Shown here: piece by piece, positions 42,456 to 55,624 of the stretch
Position numbering within the stretch: the first letter of the stretch is position 1
Layout: the number at the start of each line of letters is the position of its first letter
Assembly (NCBI RefSeq): GCF_009914755.1
Contig: NC_060936.1
DNA from: the human T2T-CHM13v2.0 reference genome, Homo sapiens
Length of the DNA: 64,000 nucleotides
Strand: one strand, 5' to 3'
Made by a program: the position numbers and the translations under genes
The notes under the pieces: generated by a model
The model's database searches: none
What the model saw: the letters and a program-made list of their open reading frames with translations, nothing else
Told to the model about the DNA's origin: nothing

Positions 42456-45400
42456 GTGAGTGCAGGGTCTGATACCAGCAACTAAGAGCCAGGCTTTGTG
42501 TTTGTCTGAAAGACGGTAAATGAATTCTGGCTAGCTTTATTTTTTCTTTCAGTACATTTCAGAATTGAGGGCAGACTTGCTGGTTTGGGGCTTTTAATTT
42601 TGGTTTTGGGTGGCAGTTTTCAGCTTCCTTGCCACTCCCCCTTCAGATGACTTCCTGTGGGATTCTTTTTAACATTTTGTGTATCTACTGCCAAGATGTC
42701 AGTCACATAACAGGAGTAGCACTGAGATCCATGTCTGTAATATTTTGAGATATCTCTTTCATTTTGGAATACTGTTGACATTTGAAAATCAATTGTATCA
42801 TTGTCTGCATAAATATTGGGGTTTAATGGGTCTATGATCTCAGTTATTTTCAATAGACAGGAGAAGTTTCCTGCCAAATCCTGTTAGCCATAGGAAATTA
42901 TTGGATGAATTGAGAATTTGTGCTTTGGTTTAAGAGGAAGACCTAGTAATTTTGTATTACATGAGGAAAAAATATATGCTATGTCCTGGCTGAAACAGGA
43001 GATAAAGAAATTCTCTTACCACTTGTTATTGGATCCTTTTTATAAGGTTTTTGTTTGTTTAGCACTAGAAATTAATTTTGAGAGCTTATTACAACAACTG
43101 TAGGTGACCTAGAAAAAAGTGTATAAATTTAGATGTCTCTTTTATGTGTATCTGAGGGCTTTTAGGAATACAAATAAGAAAACTAGATCCTGAGCCTTTA
43201 TAGTTTTAACAGAATTTTCTTAACTTACTGTTTTATTGGGGGAGGTTCCCCTGGGAGTGTATGCTCAAGTTCGAATTTCTTATCTAGCAAAATAAAGTTT
43301 ATTTCTCCCTTCTTCCAGTTTGTCCCAAAGGTGACACAGTGCTACATTTGTTCTTAGACAAGATTGCTGATGAAGGACGATGCTTGGGATGTTGGTGGCC
43401 CATGGCACAGCAGTAGCCAAGTGCCCACTGACTACTGGCTCCCTCAGATTTCCCCCTGACGTGATTCATTTCACAGTGGGCTAATTACAAAGTGGATTTG
43501 CTACACATGAAACAGCCTCCTCAGTTGCAATGTTAATGCACATTTTCATGGTAATGTGATCAGAGGCTCATTAGCCAGTTTCCAAAATGATCTTCTGCAT
43601 TAATTAAATATAAAAATGACTGCTTTATCACCATAGACAGGAAAAAGAAGATTAACATTGTTAATTACACCAGGGGCAATACCTTTTGCTTCATTTTTTA
43701 ATACAAACTTGCAAGGATAGGCTAAAATAATATTCATTTCCTAGATGAGCTCTCATCCACTTTGACTCATGAAAACAGTCTCTAGGTGGAACACTTTCCT
43801 TGGTTTGGTTGTTAGAGTTTGAGTTCTAATATTGTTTCTCTTTGGGTGGTGGAGGAGCAGAGGAGTGGATTCATCAATCTTTTTATTTAATCTGAATTAC
43901 TAAATTTATATAAAAGTATAATATGGAGAGCGTGGTAGGTGGCATCCTCCCTGATTATGCCTAGGTTAAGCTGTTTATATTCTACTAAGAAATCCAGCAG
44001 GATTACTGCAGCCAGAAAGGACCACTGTATTTGCTAAGAAGCAGGAGCCTTTGTTATGGATTTTTAAAATGCTTGTCTGTGAGTTTTGCCTTCAAGTGCT
44101 TCCTAAATCTTGAGAAAATAGATAAGCCATGCTCTTTATTGCCTCTACCTGTACTCCTCCATATATTTATTTTATTTTCTCTACTCCTGAGTTGCAGTAC
44201 TTATGATCTTTAATAAAGGGGGTGAAAAATGAAGTATTAGCTTCCATTTAACTGGCTTTTATTAGATAAGCTAAAGCCCCAGCTTAAAGGTCTTGCATGT
44301 GTTTTCCAAGGGGAGCCCTCCTACAGTTTGTCCCCAGCTTTGCCTTCTATTTTATTCAGTTAATGGAATAGATAAGATATCAAAGGAAACCAGTGATAGG
44401 CTCATATAATACGCTGGAGCCCCGTGTGGTGCTGCAAACTAGTTTCTATTTTTATTTGGAGGAAAGGCAGCTCAGAGCACACATGAAAGTGAACATGTTC
44501 TTAACCAGGTGTTCAGGAGGGCACATAGCTTCCCCCATAAGAGAGGATACTATTTACAAAAGTGACTTGTGATTGGAAGCCTATTTCTAGCTGTATATTA
44601 AAATAAACTTTCTGGCACATACACTAACACCTGATTGCCCAAATCATATTTATTTAAAGAATTGTAATTCTCAGATCATTTGCCTTTTTGTTTCTTTTGT
44701 TACTATTCCTTATGAGCTAAGGCAAAATAAAGTTTACCAGGAGATGTGAAAATTTAAGATTAGCAGCGATCACGAAACATATGATCAACAGGAAAAATGT
44801 TTAATTCTTTATAATAGAATCATTATGATATTGAACTTTTCCACGTTTTCTTTCTAGATTTAGTGACCTGATAATACAGGACACATAGAATGCAGTTTCT
44901 GGTTTATAACTGCAGTAAACAAACCAAATGTGCTCGCTGAGGAGTCCAGTAAAACAATCAGAATGGTGCGCTTAGGTGTGAAATGAGGTCAAGTTTATAT
45001 TTTGTTGATATTTTTTGCTCCTCTGGAGGAGCTAAGACTTTCAGTTGGCACAAGAGATGGAATGTCACCTCAAGAAAATTATTTTCAACTGGAGTTGGGC
45101 CAATCAGGCTCCAGTATGCACACAGATACAAGAATCTAGGGTTTGGGTGGACCCAGTAACCTTCACACCATGCGGTTTCCATGCATCTTTATGCACCTAT
45201 TAACTTTTATATGTGCCAGGGACACAGTTTTTATCTACAGTGATTTATTTTATTCAAAGTAAGTTATTTATTAACCTCTTATGAATTAATAAAGGAGTAA
45301 TGGGAACAATGTCCTTCTATTGACACAAACTGAACTGCCTGTTTCTTATTAATTTGATTAAATACCCATCTGGACCAAGAGAGCTACAATAGCTTGTTAG

Positions 45401-45924
45401 GTATTTCTGACCTAATAACAGATTTATTTCTGAGTAAGATTATATAATAATACTTAAATCTAATGACGTTTAAGCTTGATTTTTTCACATATGAATCCAG
45501 TGTAACTTTTTGATTGATTACGTGATGGTGATTATTGATGGGATGTTCGTTGGTGTCCAATAATGTGTTAAAATTGGGAGCAAATATTTAGAAGACCATA
45601 CTATTAACAAGAAGCTGTTTATAGGATTTCATCTAAATCTCATATTGTGATATGCAAGATTCTATTCTTATTCACTTCCCACATCAGGGTAAAGAAATTA
45701 ATTTGCCTTCAATCTCAGGAAAACCAGAAGTAGACTAGCACTAGTTCTCAGGCAATGTCACTGCTGTGACTGCTGTTCTCTTCTAAGTGGATACTGTAGC
45801 ACAACAGAGAGTACATTTATTAATTTGAATGGTTTGGCACAGCTAAGAGGTCTCCCCACCACCTGCATCTGTGAATTAGTAACATAAACTGAAACAGAAC
45901 CTGCATTGAAAGTAACAATATTGG

Positions 45925-46910
45925 CAGCAGCTGACAATGAGAAGTTAGAATATTCAGACACTGTGCTAAGCACTTTTCCCTAAGCATCATCTTATTTAAT
46001 CATCACAATATACCATGAAATAGTTACAGGATCCCTTCCCATAGCTTTTAAATATGCTAAAGTCTCCTCTATTCTAGAATGTTTCTTGGATCTCATATAA
46101 TCTCCCTTCTCTGGGTGCTGTCCCAGATCTTTCAGAAATTTATTTTGTCTCATACTATGTTACCCCTACTCATAGTCTCTTAACATTTTCCCCCAGACTT
46201 TATCCCTTTCCCATGTTCCTTAGCGCCAGTGAAGGTCTCACCCTCCCTTTTGCTTTCAACAAAACTCAAAACCACTGAATGAAAAGGGCCACTTCTGCCT
46301 TCTCCACTCACACAGTGGCTCCCCTGGCTCTCTTATTTGTGCACATTCCCAGCATCAATTCCTGCCTTCCCACAGTCACAACTCCTTTGATTAACTCTCT
46401 CTGATACCGTAAGAATTTTCCCTCTTAGAATTTGCCATTGTGTCACTCCACCCTGATGGCTGCTGCTGGAATAATTTTCTAGAAAATGTTTAATGGCTCC
46501 CAATTACTATAAAATGAAGAAAACATGTCTTATTCCAGTATTAAAGGCCCTCTTGAGCGGCTTCTAGGTTTCTTTCCAATTGTCTCTCTTCCTATTCTTC
46601 CTCTAATGCAATTTGTAATTGCTCCAGACTCTATTTTTTGCTTTTCTCTTAAGGTAGGCCTCCCAATTTGGACCCTTGTAACTTACTTCCACTTTTCTTC
46701 AGCCTCTGTGGAATACACCTTGTAATCATCTCTGCCACTATTTTCTTCTATCACTAGTTATTCAAATGTCTCCTTGTGCAGAGAAATTTCTGCATTTATT
46801 GTTCTTTTTTTAAAAAAATTAATCTCTCCCACCTTCGGACTCCTTTTCATGTTTGCCTGCCTGGTATTATAGTCAATTCTGTATGAGTGAATTATAAGCA
46901 TCTGGAGGGC
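45925..46910. mobile_element. MIR (-, ~45925-46030) followed by L2 (+) fragments
   Basis: cagacactgtgctaagcactttt...tcttatttaatcatcacaa (MIR); C/T-rich L2 tract ending gtgaattataagcatctggagggcagg. Confidence 0.55.
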
Positions 46911-46949
46911 AGGCCAGGTGCTTGTTTGTCCTTTCACCTTCACTCTCAC

Positions 46950-47430
46950 AGCAGATCCTCATTAGGACTCACCAGGATGCCCTGCTCATCTGCAGCCTCT
47001 TTAGAATTAAACTACCCCATCCACAGCTGCTGGCGAAGGCCCATATCACTCTGTCTTCCTCTCTACTTTATATCTAACAGCTGATTAAACCAGGGACAAG
47101 CACCTTGTGCATAAAGTTGAGGGTTCAGTTAGGTTTTTTCAGTCTCAGAAATTTATATTGGGAAGTAGGACACTAGTAATGGGGCAAGGGTACAAAGGAA
47201 TGTTGGTGGGGGAGCTTGGGGGTTTGTGTTCCACCATATCTATGAGGATCTGACCTACCAAGAGAATCAGAGACATCTAAGAAATGAAACAGATGGGTAA
47301 TGAGAAAGGCTAAGAAATAAATAGCAAGTCCTCAGAATGGCTTTATTTCCCCAGTTCCAATACCTTCCTATGATAAACCTCTATTTTATTTGCTAGAATG
47401 AGGTGTCTGTTCCTTAAAATCAGAATAACA
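46950..47430 (+). mobile_element. Old ERVL/MaLR-type LTR (LTR33/MLT1L-like)
   Basis: gctgattaaaccagggacaagcacc and 3' ataaacctct...gctagaatgaggtgtctgttcctt resemble this class; subfamily uncertain. Confidence 0.4.
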
Positions 47431-47509
47431 AGTGAGGATGCACTATAGTAATGGCTTGCTTTTATCAACTACTCAGCATATGTCTTAAACTCTAGACATG
47501 TGGTTCAGT

Positions 47510-48585
47510 TCAAAAACTCTGTGTAAGCTCTGATTGCTTAATATGTGCCAAGCCCTGGACTTTGCCATGTGATAGTCCTTGCTTTTGAGAAATGCACAGT
47601 CTGGTAGCATAAGAGAGGCATAAACAGAGAATGTTCAATTTAACCTGGTAAATATTGAGTCAACAGAGATATTGACAGACAGCTATGGAAATGCAAAGGT
47701 GCTGCTCAGCATGATGGGAGCTTGGGGAGTGGGGGAGAAGAAGGGAGGAGAAACTAAAATGATGAAAGGGTTTTTAAAAAGCCAGTGGAAGTGGTAAACA
47801 GGCAGTAGATGTCAATGGATTGGGAGTTGGAAACTATAAGCAATAGGTATCGCTAAATGCTAAAGTAAGAGGCAGACTCCCTGGGTATGGCCTGACAGTG
47901 CTCAAGACAGACCCTAAAGAATTTCCAATCTTCCAATTTTCTGTTCATTTTTTTAAGAGAAAGAGAACTGTGATAAGAGTTCAATTGTAGATTTGGTTAT
48001 GGTGTGTGTTTGGGGCCAATTGGGCTTGATTTGGGGATGGTGCACTACAGCAAGACTACAACAAGCGAAACCAACCAGGAGGCTGCTGAGAAGCCTAAGT
48101 TAGTGGTCAAAAGAATGTAAAAGGAGAATAAAAGTGAGGCCTACTAGGAGGTAATTTCAATAGGTATGTGGCTCTTGAGACTGGGTTGATGTCATGAAGT
48201 TTACAGAGAGAAGAAATAAAAGAAGGGAAGTGTGTTCTGAAAAGGAAGAGGAGATTGTTGATTTCATTTGCAGGATATCTAAGCAATGTCCAGGGATGGT
48301 GGAATAGTGAATATTCAAAACTAAAACTTGGCATATATGTGTCTGTTGGATGAGATCACCCAGGCAGATGTGATAAGTAAGGAGAACCAAAAAGTGAGGA
48401 GAGGTATAAGCACTGAGAAACAGGCCAATAAGAAGAAAGAAAAGGAAAAGACTGATATTGTTACAGAGTAGGAAGGAAAATAAGCAGAAAGTTATGGAAG
48501 TCAAGAGGAGAGAGATTTAAAATCGGAGTGGCCAGTGTGGTCAATTGCATTAGAGTGTGTAATAAGAACCGAGTATCTTTGGATT
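47510..48585 (-). mobile_element. L2 fragments
   Basis: tatgtgccaagccctgg...gtccttgcttttgagaaatgcacagtctggt and a downstream purine-rich L2 body. Confidence 0.55.
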
Positions 48586-48992
48586 TGAAAATATGCTATG
48601 TGCTACTCAGATGCCTCTTTAGAACAGACTTGCTCCAGCTGCTGGGCGTGCTGTCAGCAAAAGCCTTTAATTTTAGGCTCCACTTTAACTGTCTTAGCTG
48701 CAGAAAATCCTTCACCCAACGTCATTCCCCTCCCTGGGAGGTAAATATCCAAGTATATACAGGTCTGGCCATCTTCTGCCCCAAGCCTGACTTGGGACAC
48801 TCTGAAAGGCAATTTGAGCTTAAGAGCTCCCTGTAGCTGGTATTGGGCCTCACAGTTCACTCCTTCTGCCCAATCCTGGTTCCTTCCTGTCCCTTCCACA
48901 AAGGGAACACTCCTTAGTAAACATCTTGCACACTACATTATAATCACTATATTCTCAGCATTGGCTTACTGGAGAGCCTAACCTGGTGATGA
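48585..48992 (+). mobile_element. LTR16C-like ERVL solo LTR
   Basis: ccagctgctgggcgtg...ttgggacactctgaaagg...agagctccctgtag...ctgcccaatcctggttccttc...agtaaacatcttgcac. Confidence 0.75.
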
Positions 48993-50688
48993 TCACAGAG
49001 CATTTCAGTGCAGAAATGTGGAAAAATAATCCAAAAAGTGTTGGATTGAAAGAAGAGACTGAACTTTCAAAAACTTTAGATATGACAGATTGTCAAAAAT
49101 GAAGTTACTGCTATCACTGGAGTAAAGCTTTTCTTGTCCCTTTTTGTTAAATGCAAAATTACTTAAAATTGTGAAATGAAAAATGAAAGTTATCACTACC
49201 TTTCCTTTAAAAAGTAAAATAAGTTGATTTTACATCTTGAGCTATGATGTTCAGAGAGTGATGATAATATAGTGATTAAAAAATAAAACATGTACATTTA
49301 GCTAGAATGTTCCTTATTCAAGACCTTTGAAGAAAATCTTAAATGTCAGAGTGGTTTTGATATGCAAAAGAACTTTTATAAAAATAAATATTTTAATGAT
49401 TATAATTAATTTAGGTAGGTTTAATAAGTGAAGAGCCCTTCCATCATAGAAAGATCAAAATATCATATATTTTATTAAAAATATATAACTTCTTTATATT
49501 TTCACTGTTTAATTGACACAGACCTAAGAGAAAGGCAGCCATTTCTAATTGCATATCTATTTAGATGGAATACTGTAGGAAAACATTTTCACTGTTTCCA
49601 AATTATACACAAGGGAGGCACGTTACTAAAATCTTAGCTAGAAAATATGCTTAGATATTTGACTCTTCGACTCACCTGAATTTGTTGGTGAAGTAAGATA
49701 ATCTCATTAGAAAATTATTTAATTTCAATTTTGGTTACAAATATTTCCAAAACCCATGATCTTATTTACATAATTATTTAACCTGCACATTTGTTATTCA
49801 TTTCCAATCATGTTAGTAACAAATGAACTGCATATCTTTGGCAAAAAGTGGTTTCTTTATAAGTGTTAAGTAATTAAGAATAAAGATTAATTGATAGTGC
49901 AAAAATCCTCCCACAACAGTCAATCACTGTCCAGTACATTCATTTTATATAAGTAGATTTTCATATATTGAATTTTCACAAGTCATTTAATAGGTATGCA
50001 ATCAATCTGATTAAATGATTAAGAAAGACCCAAGAATTAAATCACTAGGTAGTTACTCAAAAGAGGTCCCCAGCTTGTGGTTTTATGAAGATTCTATACT
50101 CTTGACATGTTTATAATTCATGGGGAAAAAGTGAGCACATTGCCCAAAACAGGATCTGCCTCAATCATTCAATCTTTTCCAGGCACTGTTTTCTCTCATT
50201 TTCCATCCTAGGGCATGCACCTTGAGAATTTTAGGTATTATTCTTAAAAAACTTCTTCTTGTGACTCATGTGAATTTAGAGTAGCACTGGGTAGCAATCA
50301 TGTCTTCAGATTTAGAATTATAGATAATTCAAATGCAGCTGTGTTTTCTATATCTAAATGCAACATTTCCAAAGTCATCAATATAACCTGTCCCATCTCC
50401 ATCTCCCTTCCAGCTGTATTCATTTCTTCTTTCTTAATTCTATCACTTTCAATGTGGAATACTAGCCTTAAAAGGGTTATTATGAATACTTTATTGCTTC
50501 CCTCAACAAAAAGCTTAAAAGGTAGCAGCCCCATATTCTCCTGTATTTCGACATGTAACATCTAATTGCTAATTTGTGCCATTCTGTAGCAAGCTGTAAA
50601 TCTTGCTTTATGGTTGTTTAGGTCCTCTGAAGCTTTGCTTTTCCCCCTCCCTTCTGTTTTATGTAGCTTTATAGAAACATTGTAGGGC

Positions 50689-50689
50689 T

Positions 50690-50724
<35 letters not shown>
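50689..50724. repeat. (TTTA)9 microsatellite
   Basis: Nine perfect units counted; no adjacent Alu body. Confidence 0.95.
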
Positions 50725-51869
50725 TTTTGGAAACTTGCTCTCATCTCAGTGGAAATTAGATTTTTTTTTTCTGAACTAACCTCTCACTCCTAGGCCTCTT
50801 AAGGGTCTGTTTCAGATATCTTTATTAACAATGAAAAAGACTCTCCCAAGAGTATAGGAACAAAGATAATTTCCAAACTACTTAGTATGGTTTAAAAAAT
50901 AATAAATCTGCAGATGAAAGACCACTATTGTAATCAGTGACAGTAAATGTTTTTCTATAACTGAATCATGGTAGAATTTAGATGGTTTTTTTTTAGGTAA
51001 AGCAAAGTTTGGGAAAGAGCATTTCTCACTGAATACCAAAAATAATGATTCTGCATGTGCTTTGTGCTCAGAACTCTGCTAGATAGTAACACAGGACACA
51101 AAAGAAGCATAAGGAAAAAAAGAAGCCAGTCTTCCAGGAGTGTATCATGAAGGAATTAGAAGAAAGTGTGGAAAGGTATGACCTTAGTACAGTGGACATG
51201 GCAGAGAAAAGATAGTTCTCTATGAGCAAGGGGCATCTAAGAAACTTCATGGAACAGCCAGACAGTGGATATTATTCCCAATGGCCTAGTTTAGGAACCA
51301 AGGGCAATTTTTTTTTTTTTTTTTGCTTCAGCATAATCATTGCATACCATTTAGTCAAAGGTAATGTGTTTGATGTCCAGGATGTATTGTAAAAGCCAAA
51401 TCACAGAAAGATGACTTATAGGACATATTTTGGGGTAATGGGAACAGCTGGACTAAAGCGGGATATGGGACGACTATAGTTATTGAGGATCTTGATCTCC
51501 ACACAAAAGTGAAGGGGCTTAGTGCCGTCATCCCCATGAGACACAAAACACCCTGAGGATGCAATCAAATAGAGTCTTCAGTCAATTTTAATCATAGAAT
51601 ATGTATAAATATTGTTTGCTTGGTACTTTAGTTAAAAGAGCTCAGCCACGCTAACTTGACCTACAATAGGTAGATTTTGCCATTTGCTCAAGTATGCCCT
51701 TTGTTTCCTTAATGAGTCATGTTTATAATGTTTGAAGTTGACTTTGCCTATGGAGTTGTGAGCCTCAGTGTTAAGACAACATGGAAAATAATAAAAATGT
51801 TTTACTAAGATGGCACATTGTAGTGTTACTGTCTTTGGTGATTGCACACTAAATATCAAGCATAGCATG

Positions 51870-52250
51870 GGAGAAACACTGTGCATAGAAGAAAGAATAG
51901 AGACTTTTGAATCAAGCAGTCTTCTCTCTGACTGTGAGTTACTTAACTTCATTGAGCCTCTGTTTAATTGATAAGTCTGAACCTGTAAGTGTTTTTTTGA
52001 GGATTAAATGACACAATACGTTTAAAGGGTATAACACATTACAGGCATTACATAAATGGTAATTTTTATAGTTAGGGTATCATTTCAGTCTAACAATGAC
52101 CCTATGAGATATGTAATACTGTCCCCATTTTACAGATGAGAAAACTGAAGCACAAAGTAGTCAAGTAACAAATTCATATTGTCAGCATGCAGGACACCTG
52201 GAGTTCAAACCAGGATCTGCCTAATATTAGAGTACATGTTCATTTTATTG
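51870..52250. mobile_element. Tail-to-tail MIR pair (+ ~51870-52070; - ~52080-52250)
   Basis: gacttttgaatcaag...gttacttaacttcattgagcctctgttt, then ccccattttacagatgagaaaactgaagcac. Confidence 0.7.
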
Positions 52251-52819
52251 TAAATACCAAATGTCCCATTTCATATTTATCCACTGAACTTATCCATAAA
52301 TTTTGAATATCTGACATATAGTAGGCACTCAATAAGTATCTCATAAAGAAAAAAATGGAAGAAGGAATGGAGGAGAGGAAGGGAAGAAAGAAGTAAGAGA
52401 ATCAATAAAAGATGCTTTTTAAATTGTTTTCCCTTGAAAGGGTCTATGGAAGATGCTCTTTTCGGCATAGGAAGAGAAATCCTCACAACTACTTCTTTCC
52501 CCATCATTTTAGTAACTTCAGTGAAATTATCTCACCTATGAGAGCTGATCAGTATGGGAAGGTGACTTGTCACTCCCCACTTTTGAGGGCTTGAAAGCCT
52601 TTCCCCACTTTTCCATAAATCCATTTCTGCCATCAAAGGATCCTCGCAATCTGTTTTGTTTCCTCATTCTCTCCTAACAGCTAAAATTTTAACCAAAGAA
52701 AACTATAACTTTCTATTTAAGACAATGTGATTTTTCCCATCTCTTTTTCTTTCAACACAAAGTCCCTTATGCCTACAGTGCCTTTCCCACCTCTCCTTCC
52801 TCACCCCTATTCTGGTAAA

Positions 52820-54100
52820 AGCCCTAATACCTTATGGCTCAATCCAAAGTTTGCCACTTATGGAGTTTTCCCTGAGTCCAGGACAGAGTCAGTTCACTCT
52901 TCTCAATGATTCTCTTCCATCATGCTTCACAACTTAAAGTATAGTCAGATGCTTCTGTGTGTGTATTTAGTTCTGCTGCGCCTATGCAGTTCTACCATCC
53001 CATGCAGTGTATGGCCCAGAGCAGCTATTTAATACAAATTGAGTCAAAGAATAGGAGTGGGGACATAGTGAAAACTGCATTCACGAAGGAAACATTTTGT
53101 TATTGTCTCCAGTATTCACTGAGTTCTGTTTGAAAATAAAATCATTAAAGAAACTACATATGCTATGTTTTCTTGATTTCGAAGATGCCACCTATTTTAA
53201 GACACATATTAATTATGAGGTTCATCATCAAATTTAAGAACAGCTGGGGGAGCGGGATTGACAAACATATTTTAATATGCATATTGACTGCAAGCTATAT
53301 CCCAGTTTCAGAAACAATAAGATATTGGGAAGAACTTGCCCCTTAGAATTGAGGAAACTGTCATTGCTTTTCTCCAAAAACAAAACATTTATTGGCCCTT
53401 CCTTTGCCCCAACTGGGCTCCTCTTCCTGTCTCTCTTATCCCAGACCAAGCATTTCATTACCTCGCTTTATGCAGACCCAACACATTAGGACCTCATCTT
53501 AAGATCTCCAGTCATGACAAAAAATGATAGAATTTTTATTATTCAACTGTCAAACCGACCAACACACTAAGCTATTCTTTCTTTCCAGAATCCTCCCATT
53601 TTTCTTCATCTGAATAAGTTATAATACTCCTCAAAGTGTGGTTCAGACATTGTTTTTTTCCAGGAAATCTTCCTAGAGTCCTTTGACTTGAGTAGGTCCT
53701 TTCTTTTCTCTTTCCAAGGTACCCAGTTCATATATCTGTCATAATATGTACCAAATGCTATTGTTTTCTCAGTTTACTTGCAGCTTCACTGATCTCCGAA
53801 TCTCTGGAGGTCAAAAACCCTGTCTTCAATCTCTGCATCCTCAGCCTCTACCTCAGTACCTCTACAGATGTTTCTCAAGTAAAGGTGCATGACTAAATAC
53901 TAAATGAATCCTGTCTCCAGAGTCAGATGATGAAGGTGACACAATAGCATAATAAGATGGGATCCCTGCCCTCAAGGGGGTTACTATCCAGCAGACATGG
54001 GTAATGGATGTGCACGCAAATAACTATGATGCAAAGAGCAATATTAGTTCTGTGTGTGAGAGAAAGACAGAGAGGAACAAAGTGTCATGAGATGTCATAG
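52820..54100. mobile_element. Several L2 3' fragments
   Basis: L2 terminal motifs at ~52820-53040 (+), 53580-53910 (+) and 53930-54100 (-). Confidence 0.45.
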
Positions 54101-55093
54101 TGATGATAATTGTCTGTAGCATAGATGAAAATTAAAATTAAAAGTAAAAATTAAAATAAGGCATCTAAAATAGGATATATCTGTGTAAAATTAAATGAAT
54201 CAATTATTGACTTAGTAATTGTGATGCGTCTCCTTTTGCTGCCTTCTGTGCTGTAAAATTGAATTCACTATTTTGTGTAAAAATACTTTAATATGTTTGT
54301 TTTTATTTTACGTGGTTTTTGTCCATCATTGAAATAGTCAAGTATAGCTAAATTGTCAAATTATTGATTTTATATACACTCCTCTTTAGTATAAAAAGGA
54401 TGTAAGTGATAGTTATAAAATATACTGGAAATTGCCTAAATTTTATTTGATGATGATGCCTTTGGGCTTCATAATTATGATAGTACTAAAATGAGAATTT
54501 CTTCAACTGCAAATATCCAAATTAAAATCATATAAAACAAAGAGTAGCCTAAGAAAACCATGAGAATCATTTTTAAAACTTTAAGCTTTAAATAAAACCT
54601 AACCCAATTTAATAATATACTAAACATATATTGTTGAATAACTCAAAACCATATTTCTTTTACTTGTATTATTTGTTATTACTTTTACATCTAGGATATT
54701 GTTTGAACCATGAAAAATATATGAAAATAAAGATAATCTCCCCTCATATGCCCAATATCAGTTAAGCTTTTCAGGAAACTAATTCAGTGGCCCACATATA
54801 ACCTTAGATAGACAACTCAGAGAGGGTGGAAGTTAAGTTACTGCTTTTAAAAATTCATTTTAACCAAGATTAATTTTCCATTCCACAAAACTTAGCTTTA
54901 AACTGTGACCAAAATGCTAACCATATTTCCCATGTAAGACTAGAATCTTATTCAGATACTGGGGAATCTGAAGAAGGAGGGAAGGAGGAAAGATGTCTTT
55001 ACTGTCTTGCTTATGTTGGCCATTTTAAGAACTACATGCAAAAGTGATGTTTCTACCTGAGGATAAATTTACTCAAACTTCAAGAATTCATTG

Positions 55094-55400
55094 AGACCAA
55101 GTGCCGTGGCTCATGCCTGTAATCCCAGTACTTTTGGGAGGCTGAGGCGGGGGGATCACTTGAGGCCAGAAGTTTGAAACCAGCCTGGCCAACATAGTAA
55201 AACCATCTCTACTAAAAGTAAAAAATAAAAGAAATTAGCTGAGCTTGGTGGTTCATGCCTTTACTTTCAGCTACGTGGGAGGCTAAGACAAGAGGATTGC
55301 TTGAGGCTGGGATATCCAGGCTGCAGTGAGCTATAATTGTGCCACTGCACCCCTGCCTGTGTGACAGAGCAAGACCCTGTCTCAATACAAACAAACAAAC
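55094..55400 (+). mobile_element. AluJ
   Basis: gaggattgcttgaggctgggatatccaggctgcagtgagctat...gcaagaccctgtctc J-type right arm; (CAAA)n tail. Confidence 0.9.
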
Positions 55401-55475
55401 TACATATATGTATATATCTGTGTATATATTACTATATATATATAATGTAAAATTTTTTTAAGTTTTTTGGGGACA

Positions 55476-55624
55476 AAATTTCACATCCAAGGAGATAGTA
55501 TTGTACTGAATGGAAGACTGTTATAGTCTAACTTTCTCTTTAATACAGTTAATAGAATTGAGAGAAAGTCAGACCGTAACAGTCTTCCATTCAATATAAT
55601 ACTATTTCCTTTGATGTGCAATTT
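55476..55624. repeat. Long imperfect inverted repeat: 64-bp arms, 21-nt spacer
   Basis: 55476-55539 versus the reverse complement of 55561-55624 gives 56/64 identity with no gaps (hand alignment). Confidence 0.93.
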
